Shown here: in pieces, positions 28,168-40,900 of the stretch
Layout of the letters: each line of letters starts with the position of its first letter
Position numbering within the stretch: position 1 is the first letter of the stretch
Assembly: GCA_964016885.1 (NCBI GenBank)
Contig: OZ024742.1
Location: 337,280,001-337,344,000 of the forward strand
Origin: Eledone cirrhosa
Lineage: Eukaryota
Direction: 5' to 3'
DNA: 64,000 bases
Notes under the pieces: generated by a model
What the model was told of the DNA's origin: nothing
Database searches by the model: none
What the model saw: the letters and a program-made list of their open reading frames with translations, nothing else
Translations under genes and position numbers: made by a program

Positions 28168-31100
28168 TCATAACTGATGGCAGAAGAAAGGAGTGAATAA
28201 TAAGACTGGAGTAATGATACTAACTGTTGGTCATAACTCCTGGCAGAAGAAAGGAGTGAATCATCAGACTGGAGTAATGATACTAACTGTTGGTCATAAC
28301 TGATGGCAGAAGAAAGGAGTGAATCATCAGACTGGAGTAATGATACTAAATGTTGGACATAACTGATGGCAGAAGAAAGGAGTGAATCATCAGACTGGAG
28401 TAACGATACTAACTGTTGGTCACAACACCTGGCAGAAGAAAGGAGTGAATCATCAGACTGGAGTAATGATACTAACTGTTGGTCACAACTCCTGGCAGAA
28501 GAAAGGAGTGAATCATCAGACTGGAGTAATGATACTAACTGTTGGTCATAACTGATGGCAGAAGAAAGGAGTGAATCATCAGACTGGAGTAATGATACTA
28601 ACTTATGGTCACAACTGATGGCAGAAGAAAGGAGTGAATCATCAGACTGACGTAATGATACTAACTGTTGGTCATAACTGATGGCAGAAGAAAGGAGTGA
28701 ATCATCAGACTGGAGTAATGATACTAACTGTTGGTCATAACTGATGGCAGAAGAAAGGAGTGAATCATCAGACTGGAGTAATGATACTAACTGTTGGTCA
28801 TAACTGATGGCAGAAGAAAGGAGTGAATCATCAGACTGGCGTAATGATACTAACTGTTGGTCACAACTGATGGCAGAAGAAAGGAGTGAATCATCAGACT
28901 GACGTAATGATACTAACTGTTGGTCATAACTGATGGCAGAAGAAAGCTATGTGGATCATTAGACTGGAGTAATGATACTAACTGTTGGTCATAACTGATG
29001 GCAGAAGAAAGGAGTGAATCATCAGACTGGAGTAATGATACTAACTGTTGGTCTCAACTGATGGCAGAAGAAAGGAGTGAATCATCAGACTGGAGTAATG
29101 ATACTAACTGTTGGTCACAACTGATGGCAGAAGAAAGGAGTGAATCATCAGACTGGAGTAATGATACTAACTGTTGGTCACAACTGATGGCAGAAGAAAG
29201 GAGTGAATCATCAGACTGGAGTAATGATACTAACTGTTGGTCATAACTGATGGCAGAAGAAAGGAGTGAATCATCAGACTGGAGTAATGATAATAACTGT
29301 TGTTCATAACTGATGGCAGAAGAAAGGAGTGAATAATAAGACTGGAGTAATGATACTAACTGTTGGTCATAACTGATAGCAGAAGAAAGGAGTGAATCAT
29401 CAGACTGGAGTAATGATAATAACTGTTGTTCATAACTGATGGCAGAAGAAAGGAGTGAATCATCAGAGTGGAGTAATAATACTAACTGTTGGTCACAACT
29501 CCTGGCAGAAGAAAGGAGTGAATCATCAGACTGGAGTAATGATACTAACTGTTGGTCACAACTCCTGGCAGAAGAAAGGAGTGAATCATCAGACTGGAGT
29601 AATGATACTAACTGTTGGTCATAACTCCTGGCAGAAGAAAGGAGTGAATCATCAGACTGGAGTAATGATACTAACTGTTGGTCATAACTCCTGGCAGAAG
29701 AAAGGAGTGAATCATCAGACTGGAGTAATGATACTAACTGTTGGTCATAACTCCTGGCAGAAGAAAGGAGTGAATCATCAGACTGGAGTAATGATACTAA
29801 CTGTTGGTCATAACTCCTGGCAGAAGAAAGGAGTGAATCATCTGACTGGAGTAATGATACTAACTGTTGGTCATAACTCCTGGCAGAAGAAAGGAGTGAA
29901 TCATCAGACTGGAGTAATGATACTAACTGTTGGTCACAACTGATGGCAGAAGAAAGGAGTGAATCATCAGACTGGAGTAATGATACTAACTGTTGGTCAT
30001 AACTGATGGCAGAAGAGAGGAGTGAATCATTAGACTGGAGTAATGATAATAACTGTTGGTCATAACTGATGGCAGAAGAAAGGAGTGAATAATAAGACTG
30101 GAGTAATGATACTAACTGTTGGTCATAACTCCTGGCAGAAGAAAGGAGTGAATCATCAGACTGGAGTAATGATACTAACTGTTGGTCATAACTGATGGCA
30201 GAAGAAAGGAGTGAATCATCAGACTGGAGTAATGATACTAAATGTTGGACATAACTGATGGCAGAAGAAAGGAGTGAATCATCAGACTGGAGTAACGATA
30301 CTAACTGTTGGTCACAACACCTGGCAGAAGAAAGGAGTGAATCATCAGACTGGAGTAATGATACTAACTGTTGGTCACAACTCCTGGCAGAAGAAAGGAG
30401 TGAATCATCAGACTGGAGTAATGATACTAACTGTTGGTCATAACTGATGGCAGAAGAAAGGAGTGAATCATCAGACTGGAGTAATGATACTAACTTATGG
30501 TCACAACTGATGGCAGAAGAAAGGAGTGAATCATCAGACTGACGTAATGATACTAACTGTTGGTCATAACTGATGGCAGAAGAAAGGAGTGAATCATCAG
30601 ACTGGAGTAATGATACTAACTGTTGGTCATAACTGATGGCAGAAGAAAGGAGTGAATCATCAGACTGGAGTAATGATACTAACTGTTGGTCATAACTGAT
30701 GGCAGAAGAAAGGAGTGAATCATCAGACTGGCGTAATGATACTAACTGTTGGTCACAACTGATGGCAGAAGAAAGGAGTGAATCATCAGACTGACGTAAT
30801 GATACTAACTGTTGGTCATAACTGATGGCAGAAGAAAGCTATGTGGATCATTAGACTGGAGTAATGATACTAACTGTTGGTCATAACTGATGGCAGAAGA
30901 AAGGAGTGAATCATCAGACTGGAGTAATGATACTAACTGTTGGTCTCAACTGATGGCAGAAGAAAGGAGTGAATCATCAGACTGGAGTAATGATACTAAC
31001 TGTTGGTCACAACTGATGGCAGAAGAAAGGAGTGAATCATCAGACTGGAGTAATGATACTAACTGTTGGTCACAACTGATGGCAGAAGAAAGGAGTGAAT

Positions 31101-31970
31101 CATCAGACTGGAGTAATGATACTAACTGTTGGTCATAACTGATGGCAGAAGAAAGGAGTGAATCATCAGACTGGAGTAATGATAATAACTGTTGTTCATA
31201 ACTGATGGCAGAAGAAAGGAGTGAATAATAAGACTGGAGTAATGATACTAACTGTTGGTCATAACTGATAGCAGAAGAAAGGAGTGAATCATCAGACTGG
31301 AGTAATGATAATAACTGTTGTTCATAACTGATGGCAGAAGAAAGGAGTGAATCATCAGAGTGGAGTAATAATACTAACTGTTGGTCACAACTCCTGGCAG
31401 AAGAAAGGAGTGAATCATCAGACTGGAGTAATGATACTAACTGTTGGTCACAACTCCTGGCAGAAGAAAGGAGTGAATCATCAGACTGGAGTAATGATAC
31501 TAACTGTTGGTCATAACTCCTGGCAGAAGAAAGGAGTGAATCATCAGACTGGAGTAATGATACTAACTGTTGGTCATAACTCCTGGCAGAAGAAAGGAGT
31601 GAATCATCAGACTGGAGTAATGATACTAACTGTTGGTCATAACTCCTGGCAGAAGAAAGGAGTGAATCATCAGACTGGAGTAATGATACTAACTGTTGGT
31701 CATAACTCCTGGCAGAAGAAAGGAGTGAATCATCTGACTGGAGTAATGATACTAACTGTTGGTCATAACTCCTGGCAGAAGAAAGGAGTGAATCATCAGA
31801 CTGGAGTAATGATACTAACTGTTGGTCACAACTGATGGCAGAAGAAAGGAGTGAATCATCAGACTGGAGTAATGATACTAACTGTTGGTCATAACTGATG
31901 GCAGAAGAGAGGAGTGAATCATTAGACTGGAGTAATGATAATAACTGTTGGTCATAACTGATGGCAGAAG
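28168..31970. repeat. Tandem duplication of a 30-monomer + 2 bp (1,892-bp) block
   Basis: A 65-bp monomer carrying AAAGCTATGTGGATCATTAG is at 28947 and 30839. ORF pairs 28366/30258, 28998/30890 and 29439/31331 all have offset 1892. Confidence 0.95.
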
Positions 31971-34900
31971 AAAGGGGTGAATCATCAGACTGGAGTAATG
32001 ATACTAACTGTTGGTCACAACTCCTGGCAGAAGAAAGGAGTGAATCATCAGACTGGAGTAATGATACTAACTGTTGTTCATAACTGATGGCAGAAGAAAG
32101 GAGTGAATCATCAGACTGGAGTAATGATACTAACTGTTGGTCACAACTGATGGCAGAAGAAAGGAGTGAATCATCAGACTGGAGTAATGATACTAACTGT
32201 TGGTCACAACTCCTGGCAGAAGAAAGGGGTGAATCATCAGACTGGAGTAATGATACTAACTGTTGGTCATAACTGATGGCAGAAGAAAGGGGTGAATCAT
32301 CAGACTGGAGTAATGATACTAACTGTTGGTCATAACTCCTGGCAGAAGAAAGGAGTGAATCATCAGACTGGAATAATGATACTAACTGTTGGTCATAACT
32401 GATAGCAGAAGAAAGGAGTGAATCATCAGACTGGAGTAATGATACTAACTGTTGGTCTCAACTGATGGCAGAAGAAAGGAGGGAATAATCAGACTGGAGT
32501 AATGATACTAACTGTTGGTCATAACTGATGGCAGAAGAAAGGAGTGAATCATCAGACTGGAGTAATGATACTAACTGTTGGTCATAACTGATAGCAGAAG
32601 AAAGGAGTGAATCATCAGACTGGAGTAACGATACTAACTGTTGGACATAACTGATGGATGAAGAAAGGAGTGAATCATCAGACTGGAGTAATGATAATAA
32701 CTGTTGGTCACAACTGATGGCAGAAGAAAGGAGTGAATCATCAGACTGGAGTAATGATACTAACTGTTGGTCATAACTGACAGCAGAAGAAAGGAGTGAA
32801 TCATCAGACTGGAGTAACGATACTAACTGTTGGACATAACTGATGGATGAAGAAAGGAGTGAATCATAAGACTGGAGTAATGATAATAATGGTTGGTCAT
32901 AACTGATGGCAGAAGAAAGGAGTGGATCATCAGACTGGCGTAATGATACTAACTGTTGGTCATAACTGATGGCAGAAGAAAGGAGTGAATCATCAGACTG
33001 GAATAATGATACTAACTTATGGTCACAACTGATGGCAGAAGAAAGGAGTGAATCATCAGACTGGAGTAATGATACTAACTGTTGGTCATAACTGATGGCA
33101 GAAGAAAGGAGTGAATCATCAGACTGGCGTAATGATACTAACTGTTGGTCATAACTGATGGCAGAAGAAAGGAGTGAATCATCAGACTGGCGTAATGATA
33201 CTAACTGTTGGTCATAACTGATGGCAGAAGAAAGGAGTGAATCATCAGACTGGAGTAATGATACTAACTGTTGGTCATAACTGATGGCAGAAGAAAGGAG
33301 TGAATCATCAGACTGGCGTAATGATAGTAACTGTTGGTCATAACTGATGGCAGAAGAAAGGAGTGAATCATCAGACTGGAGTAATGATACTAACTGTTGG
33401 TCATAACTGATGGCAGAAGAAAGGAGTGAATCATCAGACTGGAGTAATGATACTAACTTATGGTCACAACTGATGGCAGAAGAAAGGAGTGAATCATCAG
33501 ACTGGAGTAATGATACTAACTGTTGGTCATAACTGATGGCAGAAGAAAGGAGTGAATCATCAGACTGGAGTAATGATACTAACTGTTGGTCACAACTGAT
33601 GGCAGAAGAAAGGAGTGAATCATCAGACTGGAGTAATGATACTAACTGTTGGTCATAACTGATGGCAGAAGAAAGGAGTGAATCATCAGACTGGAGTAAT
33701 GATACTAACTTATGGTCACAACTGATGGCAGAAGAAAGGAGTGAATCATCAGACTGGAGTAATGATACTAACTGTTGGTCATAACTGATGGCAGAAGAAA
33801 GGGGTGAATCATCAGACTGGAGTAATGATACTAACTGTTGGTCACAACTGATGGAAGAAGAAAGGAGTGAATCATCAGACAGGCGTAATGATACTAACTG
33901 TTGGTCACAACTGATGGCAGAAGAAAGGAGTGAATCATCAGACTGGAGTAATGATACTAACTGTTGGTCATAACTGATGGCAGAAGAAAGGAGTGAATCA
34001 TCAGACTGGAGTAATGATACTAACTTATGGTCACAACTGATGGCAGAAGAAAGGAGTGAATCATCAGACTGGAGTAATGATACTAACTGTTGGTCATAAC
34101 TGATGGCAGAAGAAAGGAGTGAATCATCAGACTGGAGTAATGATACTAACTTATGGTCACAACTGATGGCAGAAGAAAGGAGTGAATCATCAGACTGGAG
34201 TAATGATACTAACTGTTGGTCATAACTGATGGCAGAAGAAAGGAGTGAATCATCAGACTGGCGTAATGATACTAACTGTTGGTCACAACTGATGGCAGAA
34301 GAAAGGGGTGAATCATCAGACTGGAGTAATGATACTAACTGTTGGTCACAACTGATGGCAGAAGAAAGGAGTGAATCATCAGACTGGAGTAATGATACTA
34401 ACTGTTGGTCATAACTGATGGCAGAAGAAAGGAGTGAATCATCAGACTGGAGTAATAATACTAACTGTTGGTCATAACTGATGGCAGAAGAAAGGGGTGA
34501 ATCATCAGACTGGAGTAATGATACTAACTGTTGGTCATAACTCCTGGCAGAAGAAAGGAGTGAATCATCAGACTGGAGTAATGATACTATCTGTTGGTCA
34601 CAACTCCTGGCAGAAGAAAGGAGTGAATCATCAGACTGGAGTAATGATACTAACTGTTGGTCACAACTGATGGCAGAAGAAAGGAGTGAATCAGCAGACT
34701 GGAGTAATGATACTAACTGTTGGTCATCACTGATGGCAGAAGAAAGGAGTGAATCATCAGACTGGAGTAATGATACTATCTGTTGGTCACAACTACTGGC
34801 AGAAGAAAGGAGTGACTCATCAGACTGGAGTAATGATACTAACTGTTGGTCACAACTGATGGCAGAAGAAAGGAGTGAATCATCAGACTGGAGTAATGAT

Positions 34901-37900
34901 ACTAACTGTTGGTCATCACTGATGGCAGAAGAAAGGAGTGAATCATCAGACTGGAGTAATGATACTAACTGTTGGACATAACTGATGGCAGAAGAAAGGA
35001 GTGAATCATCTGGCTGGAGTAATGATACTAACTGTTGGTCATAACTCCTGGCAGAAGAAAGGAGTGAATCATCAGACTGGAGTAATGATACTAACTGTTG
35101 GTCACAACTGATGGCAGAAGAAAGGAGTGAATCATCAAACTGGAGTAATGATAATAACTGTTGGTCATCACTGATGGCAGAAGAAAGGAGTGAATCATCA
35201 GACTGGAGTAATGATACTAACTGTTGGACATAACTGATGGCAGAAGAAAGGAGTGAATCATCTGGCTGGAGTAATGATACTAACTGTTAGTCATAACTCC
35301 TGGCAGAAGAAAGGAGTGAATCATCAGACTGGAGTAATGATACTATCTGTTGGTCATAACTGATGGCAGAAGAAAGGAGTGAATCATCAGACTGGAGTAA
35401 TGATACTAACTGTTGGTCACAACTCCTGGCAGAAGAAAGGAGTGAATCATCAGACTGGAGTAATGATACTAACTGTTGGTCATAACTCCTGGCAGAAGAA
35501 AGGAGTGAATCATCAGACTGGAGTAATGATACTAAATGTTGGTCATAACTGATGGCAGAAGAAAGGGGTGAATCATCAGACTGGAGTAATGATACTAACT
35601 GTTGGTCATAACTCCTGGCAGAAGAAAGGAGTGAATCATCAGACTGGAGTAATGATACTAACTGTTGGTCTCAACTGATGGCAGAAGAAAGAAGGGAATA
35701 ATCAGACTGGAGTAATGATACTAACTGTTGGTCATAACTGATGGCAGAAGAAAGGAGTGAATCATCAGACTGGAGTAATGATACTAACTGTTGGTCATAA
35801 CTGATGGCAGAAGAAAGGAGTGAATCATCAGACTGGAGTAATGATACTAACTGTTGGTCATAACTCCTGGCAGAAGAAAGGAGTGAATCATCAGACTGGA
35901 GTAATGATACTAACTGTTGGTCATAACTGATAGCAGAAGAAAGGAGTGAATCATCAGACTGGAGTAATGATACTAACTGTTGGTCATAACTGATGGCAGA
36001 AGAAAGGGGTGAATCATCAGACTGGAGTAATGATACTAACTGTTGGTCATAACTCCTGGCAGAAGAAAGGAGTGAATCATCAGACTGGAGTAATGATACT
36101 AACTGTTGGTCTCAACTGATGGCAGAAGAAAGAAGGGAATAATCAGACTGGAGTAATGATACTAACTGTTGGTCATAACTGATGGCAGAAGAAAGGAGTG
36201 AATCATCAGACTGGAGTAATGATACTAACTGTTGGTCATAACTGATGGCAGAAGAAAGGAGTGAATCATCAGACTGGAGTAATCATACTAACTGTTGGTC
36301 ACAACTGATGGCAGAAGAAAGGAGGGAATAATCAGACTGGAGTAATGATACTAACTGTTGGTCATAACTGATGGCAGAAGAAAGGAGTGAATCATCAGAC
36401 TGGAGTAATGATACTAACTGTTGGTCACAACTGATGGCAGAAGAAAGGAGTGAATCATCAGACTGGAGTAATGATACTAACTGTTGGTCATAACTGATGG
36501 CAGAAGAAAGGAGTGAATCATCACACTGGTGTAATGATACTAACTGTTGGTCACAACTGATGGCAGAAGAAAGGAGTGAATCATCAGACTGGAGTAATGA
36601 TACTAACTGTTGGTCACAACTGATGGCAGAAGAAAGGAGTGAATCATCAGACTGGCGTAATTATACTAACTCTTGGACATAACTGATGGCAGAAGAAAGG
36701 AGTGAATCATGAGACTGGAGTAATGATACTAACTGTTGGTCACAACTGATGGCAGAAGAAAGGGGTGAATCATCAGACTGGAGTAATGATACTAACTGTT
36801 GGTCACAACTGATGGCAGAAGAAAGGGGTGAATCATCAGACTGGAGTAATGATACTAACTGTTGGTCACAACTGATAGCAGAAGAAAGGGGTGAATCATC
36901 AGACTGGAGTAATGATACTAACTGTTGGACATAACTGATGGATGAAGAAAGGAGTGAATCATCAGACTGGAGTAATGATAATAACTGTTGGTCATAACTG
37001 ATGGCAGCAGAAAGGAGTGAATCATCAGACTGGAGTAATGATACTATCTGTTGGTCACAACTCCTGGCAGAAGAAAGGAGTGAATCATCAGACTGGAGTA
37101 ATGATACTAACTGTTGGTCATAACTCCTGGCAGAAGAAAGGAGTGAATCATCAGACTGGAGTAATGATACTAACTGTTGGTCATAACTGATGGCAGAAGA
37201 AAGGAGTGAATCATGAGACTGGAGTAATGATACTAACTGTTGGTCACAACTGATGGCAGAAGAAAGGAGTGAATCATCAGACTGGAGTAATGATACTAAC
37301 TGTTGGTCATAACTGATGGCAGAAGAAAGGAGTGAATCATCAGACTGGAGTAATGATACTAACTGTTGGTCATAACTGATAGCAGAAGAAAGGAGTGAAT
37401 CATCAGACTGGAGTAATGATAATAACTGTTGTTCATAACTCCTGGCAGAAGAAACGAGTGAATCATCAGACTGGAGTAATTATACTAACTGTTGGTCACA
37501 ACTGATGGCAGAAGAAAGGAGTGAATCATCAGACTGGAGTAATGATACTAACTGTTGGTCACAACTGATGGCAGAAGAAAGGAGTGAATCATCAGACTGG
37601 AGTAATGATACTAACTGTTGGTCATAACTGATGGCAGAAGAAAGGAGTGAATCATCAGACTGGAGTAATGATGCTAACTGTTGGTCACAACTGATGGCAG
37701 AAGAAAGGAGTGAATCATCAGACTGGAGTAATGATACTAACTGTTGGTCATAACTGATGGCAGAAGAAAGGAGTGAATCATCAGACTGGAGTAATGATGC
37801 TAACTGTTGGTCACAACTCCTGGCAGAAGAAAGGAGTGAATCATCAGACTGGAGTAATGATACTAACTGTTGGTCATAACTGATGGCAGAAGAAAGGAGT

Positions 37901-40900
37901 GAATCATCAGACTGGAGTAATGATACTAACTGTTGGTCATAACTGATGGCAGAAGAAAGGAGTGAATCATCAGACTGGAGTAATGATGCTAACTGTTGGT
38001 CACAACTGATGGCAGAAGAAAGGAGTGAATCATCAGACTGGAGTAATGATACTAACTGTTGGTCATAACTGATGGCAGAAGAAAGGAGTGAATCATCAGA
38101 CTGGAGTAATGATGCTAACTGTTGGTCACAACTGATGGCAGAAGAAAGGAGTGAATCATCAGACTGGAGTAATGATACTAACTGTTGGTCATAACTGATG
38201 GCAGAAGAAAGGAGTGAATCATCAGACTGGAGTAATGATACTAACTGTTGGTCACAACTCCTGGCAGAAGAAAGGAGTGAATCATCAGACTGGAGTAATG
38301 ATACTAACTGTTGGTCATAACTGATGGCAGAAGAAAGGGGTGAATCATCAGACTGGAGTAATGATACTAACTGTTGGTCATAACTCCTGGCAGAAGAAAG
38401 GAGTGAATCATCAGACTGGAGTAATGATACTAACTGTTGGTCTCAACTGATGGCAGAAGAAAGAAGGGAATAATCAGACTGGAGTAATGATACTAACTGT
38501 TGGTCATAACTGATGGCAGAAGAAAGGAGTGAATCATCAGACTGGAGTAATGATACTAACTGTTGGTCATAACTGATGGCAGAAGAAAGGAGTGGATCAT
38601 CAGACTGGAGTAATGATACTAACTGTTGGTCATAACTGATGGCAGAAGAAAGGAGTGAATCATAAGACTGGAGTAATGATACTAACTGTTGGTCACAACT
38701 GATGGCAGAAGAAAGGAGTGAATCATCAGACTGGCGTAATGATACTAACTGTTGGTCACAACTGATGGCAGAAGAAAGGAGTGGATCATCAGACTGGAGT
38801 AATGATACTAACTGTTGGTCATAACTGATGGCAGAAGAAAGGAGTGAATCATCAGACTGGAATAATGATACTAACTGTTGGTCATAACTGATGGCAGAAG
38901 AAAGGAGTGAATCATCAGACTGGAGTAATGATACTAACTGTTGGTCACAACTGATGGCAGAAGAAAGGAGTGAATCATCACACTGGTGTAATGATACTAA
39001 CTGTTGGTCACAACTGATGGCAGAAGAAAGGAGTGAATCATCAGACTGGAGTAATGATACTAACTGTTGGTCACAACTGATGGCAGAAGAAAGGAGTGAA
39101 TCATCAGACTGGCGTAATTATACTAACTGTTGGTCATAACTGATGGCAGAAGAAAGGAGTGAATCATGAGACTGGATTAATGATACTAACTGTTGGTCAC
39201 AACTGATGGCAGAAGAAAGGAGTGAATCATGAGACTGGAGTAATGATACTAACTGTTGGTCATAACTGATGGCAGAAGAAAGGAGTGAATCATCAGACTG
39301 GCGTAATTATACTAACTGTTGGTCATAACTGATGGCAGAAGAAAGGAGTGAATCATCAGACTGGAGTAATGATACTAACTGTTGGTCATAACTGATGGCA
39401 GAAGAAAGGAGTGAATCATCAGACTGGAGTAATGATACTAACTGTTGGTCATAACTCCTGGCAGAAGAAAGGGGTGAATCATCAGACTGGAGTAATGATA
39501 CTAACTGTTGGTCACAACTGATGGCAGAAGAAAGGAGTGAATCATCAGACTGGAGTAATGATACTAACTGTTGGTCATAACTGATGGCAGAAGAAAGGAG
39601 TGAATCATCAGACTGGAGTAATGATACTAACTGTTGGTCATAACTGATGGCAGAAGAAAGGAGTGAATCATCAGACTGGAGTAATGATGCTAACTGTTGG
39701 TCACAACTGATGGCAGAAGAAAGGAGTGAATCATCAGACTGGAGTAATGATACTAACTGTTGGTCATAACTGATGGCAGAAGAAAGGAGTGAATCATCAG
39801 ACTGGAGTAATGATGCTAACTGTTGGTCACAACTGATGGCAGAAGAAAGGAGTGAATCATCAGACTGGAGTAATGATACTAACTGTTGGTCATAACTGAT
39901 GGCAGAAGAAAGGAGTGAATCATCAGACTGGAGTAATGATACTAATTGTTGGTCACAACTGATGGCAGAAGAAAGGAGTGAATCATCAGCCTGGAGTAAT
40001 GATACTAACTGTTGGTCATAACTCCTGGCAGAAGAAAGGAGTGAATCATCAGACTGGAGTAATGATACTATCTGTTGGTCACAACTCCTGGCAGAAGAAA
40101 GGAGTGAATCATCAGACTGGAGTAATGATACTAACTGTTGGTCACAACTCCTGGCAGAAGAAAGGAGTGAATCATCAGACTGGAGTAATAATACTAACTG
40201 TTGGTCATAACTGATGGCAGAAGAAAGGAGTGAATCATCAGACTGGAGTAATGATACTATCTGTTGGTCACAACTCCTGGCAGAAGAAAGGAGTGAATCA
40301 TCAGACTGGAGTAATGATACTATCTGTTGGTCACAACTCCTGGCAGAAGAAAGGAGTGAATCATCAGACTGGAGTAATAATACTAACTGTTGGTCATAAC
40401 TGATGGCAGAAGAAAGGAGTGAATCATCAGACTGGAGTAATGATACTAACTGTTGGTCATCACTGATGGCAGAAGAAAGGAGTGAATCATCAGACTGGAG
40501 TAATGATACTAACTGTTGGTCATAACTGATGGCAGAAGAAAGGAGTGAATCATCAGACTGGAGTAATGATACTAACTGTTGGTCACAACTGATGGCAGAA
40601 GAAAGGAATGAATCATCAGACTGGAGTAATGATACTAACTGCTTGGTCATAACTGATGGCAGAAGAAAGGAGTGAATCATCTGGCTGGAGTAATGATACT
40701 AACTGTTGGTCATAACTCCTGGCAGAAGAAAGGAGTGAATCATCAGACTGGAGTAATGATACTAACTGTTGGTCACAACTGATGGTAGAAGAAAGGAGTG
40801 AATCATCAGACTGGAGTAATGATACTAACTGTTGGTCACAACTGATGGCAGAAGAAAGGAGTGAATCATCAGACTGGAGTAATGATAATAACTGTTGGTC

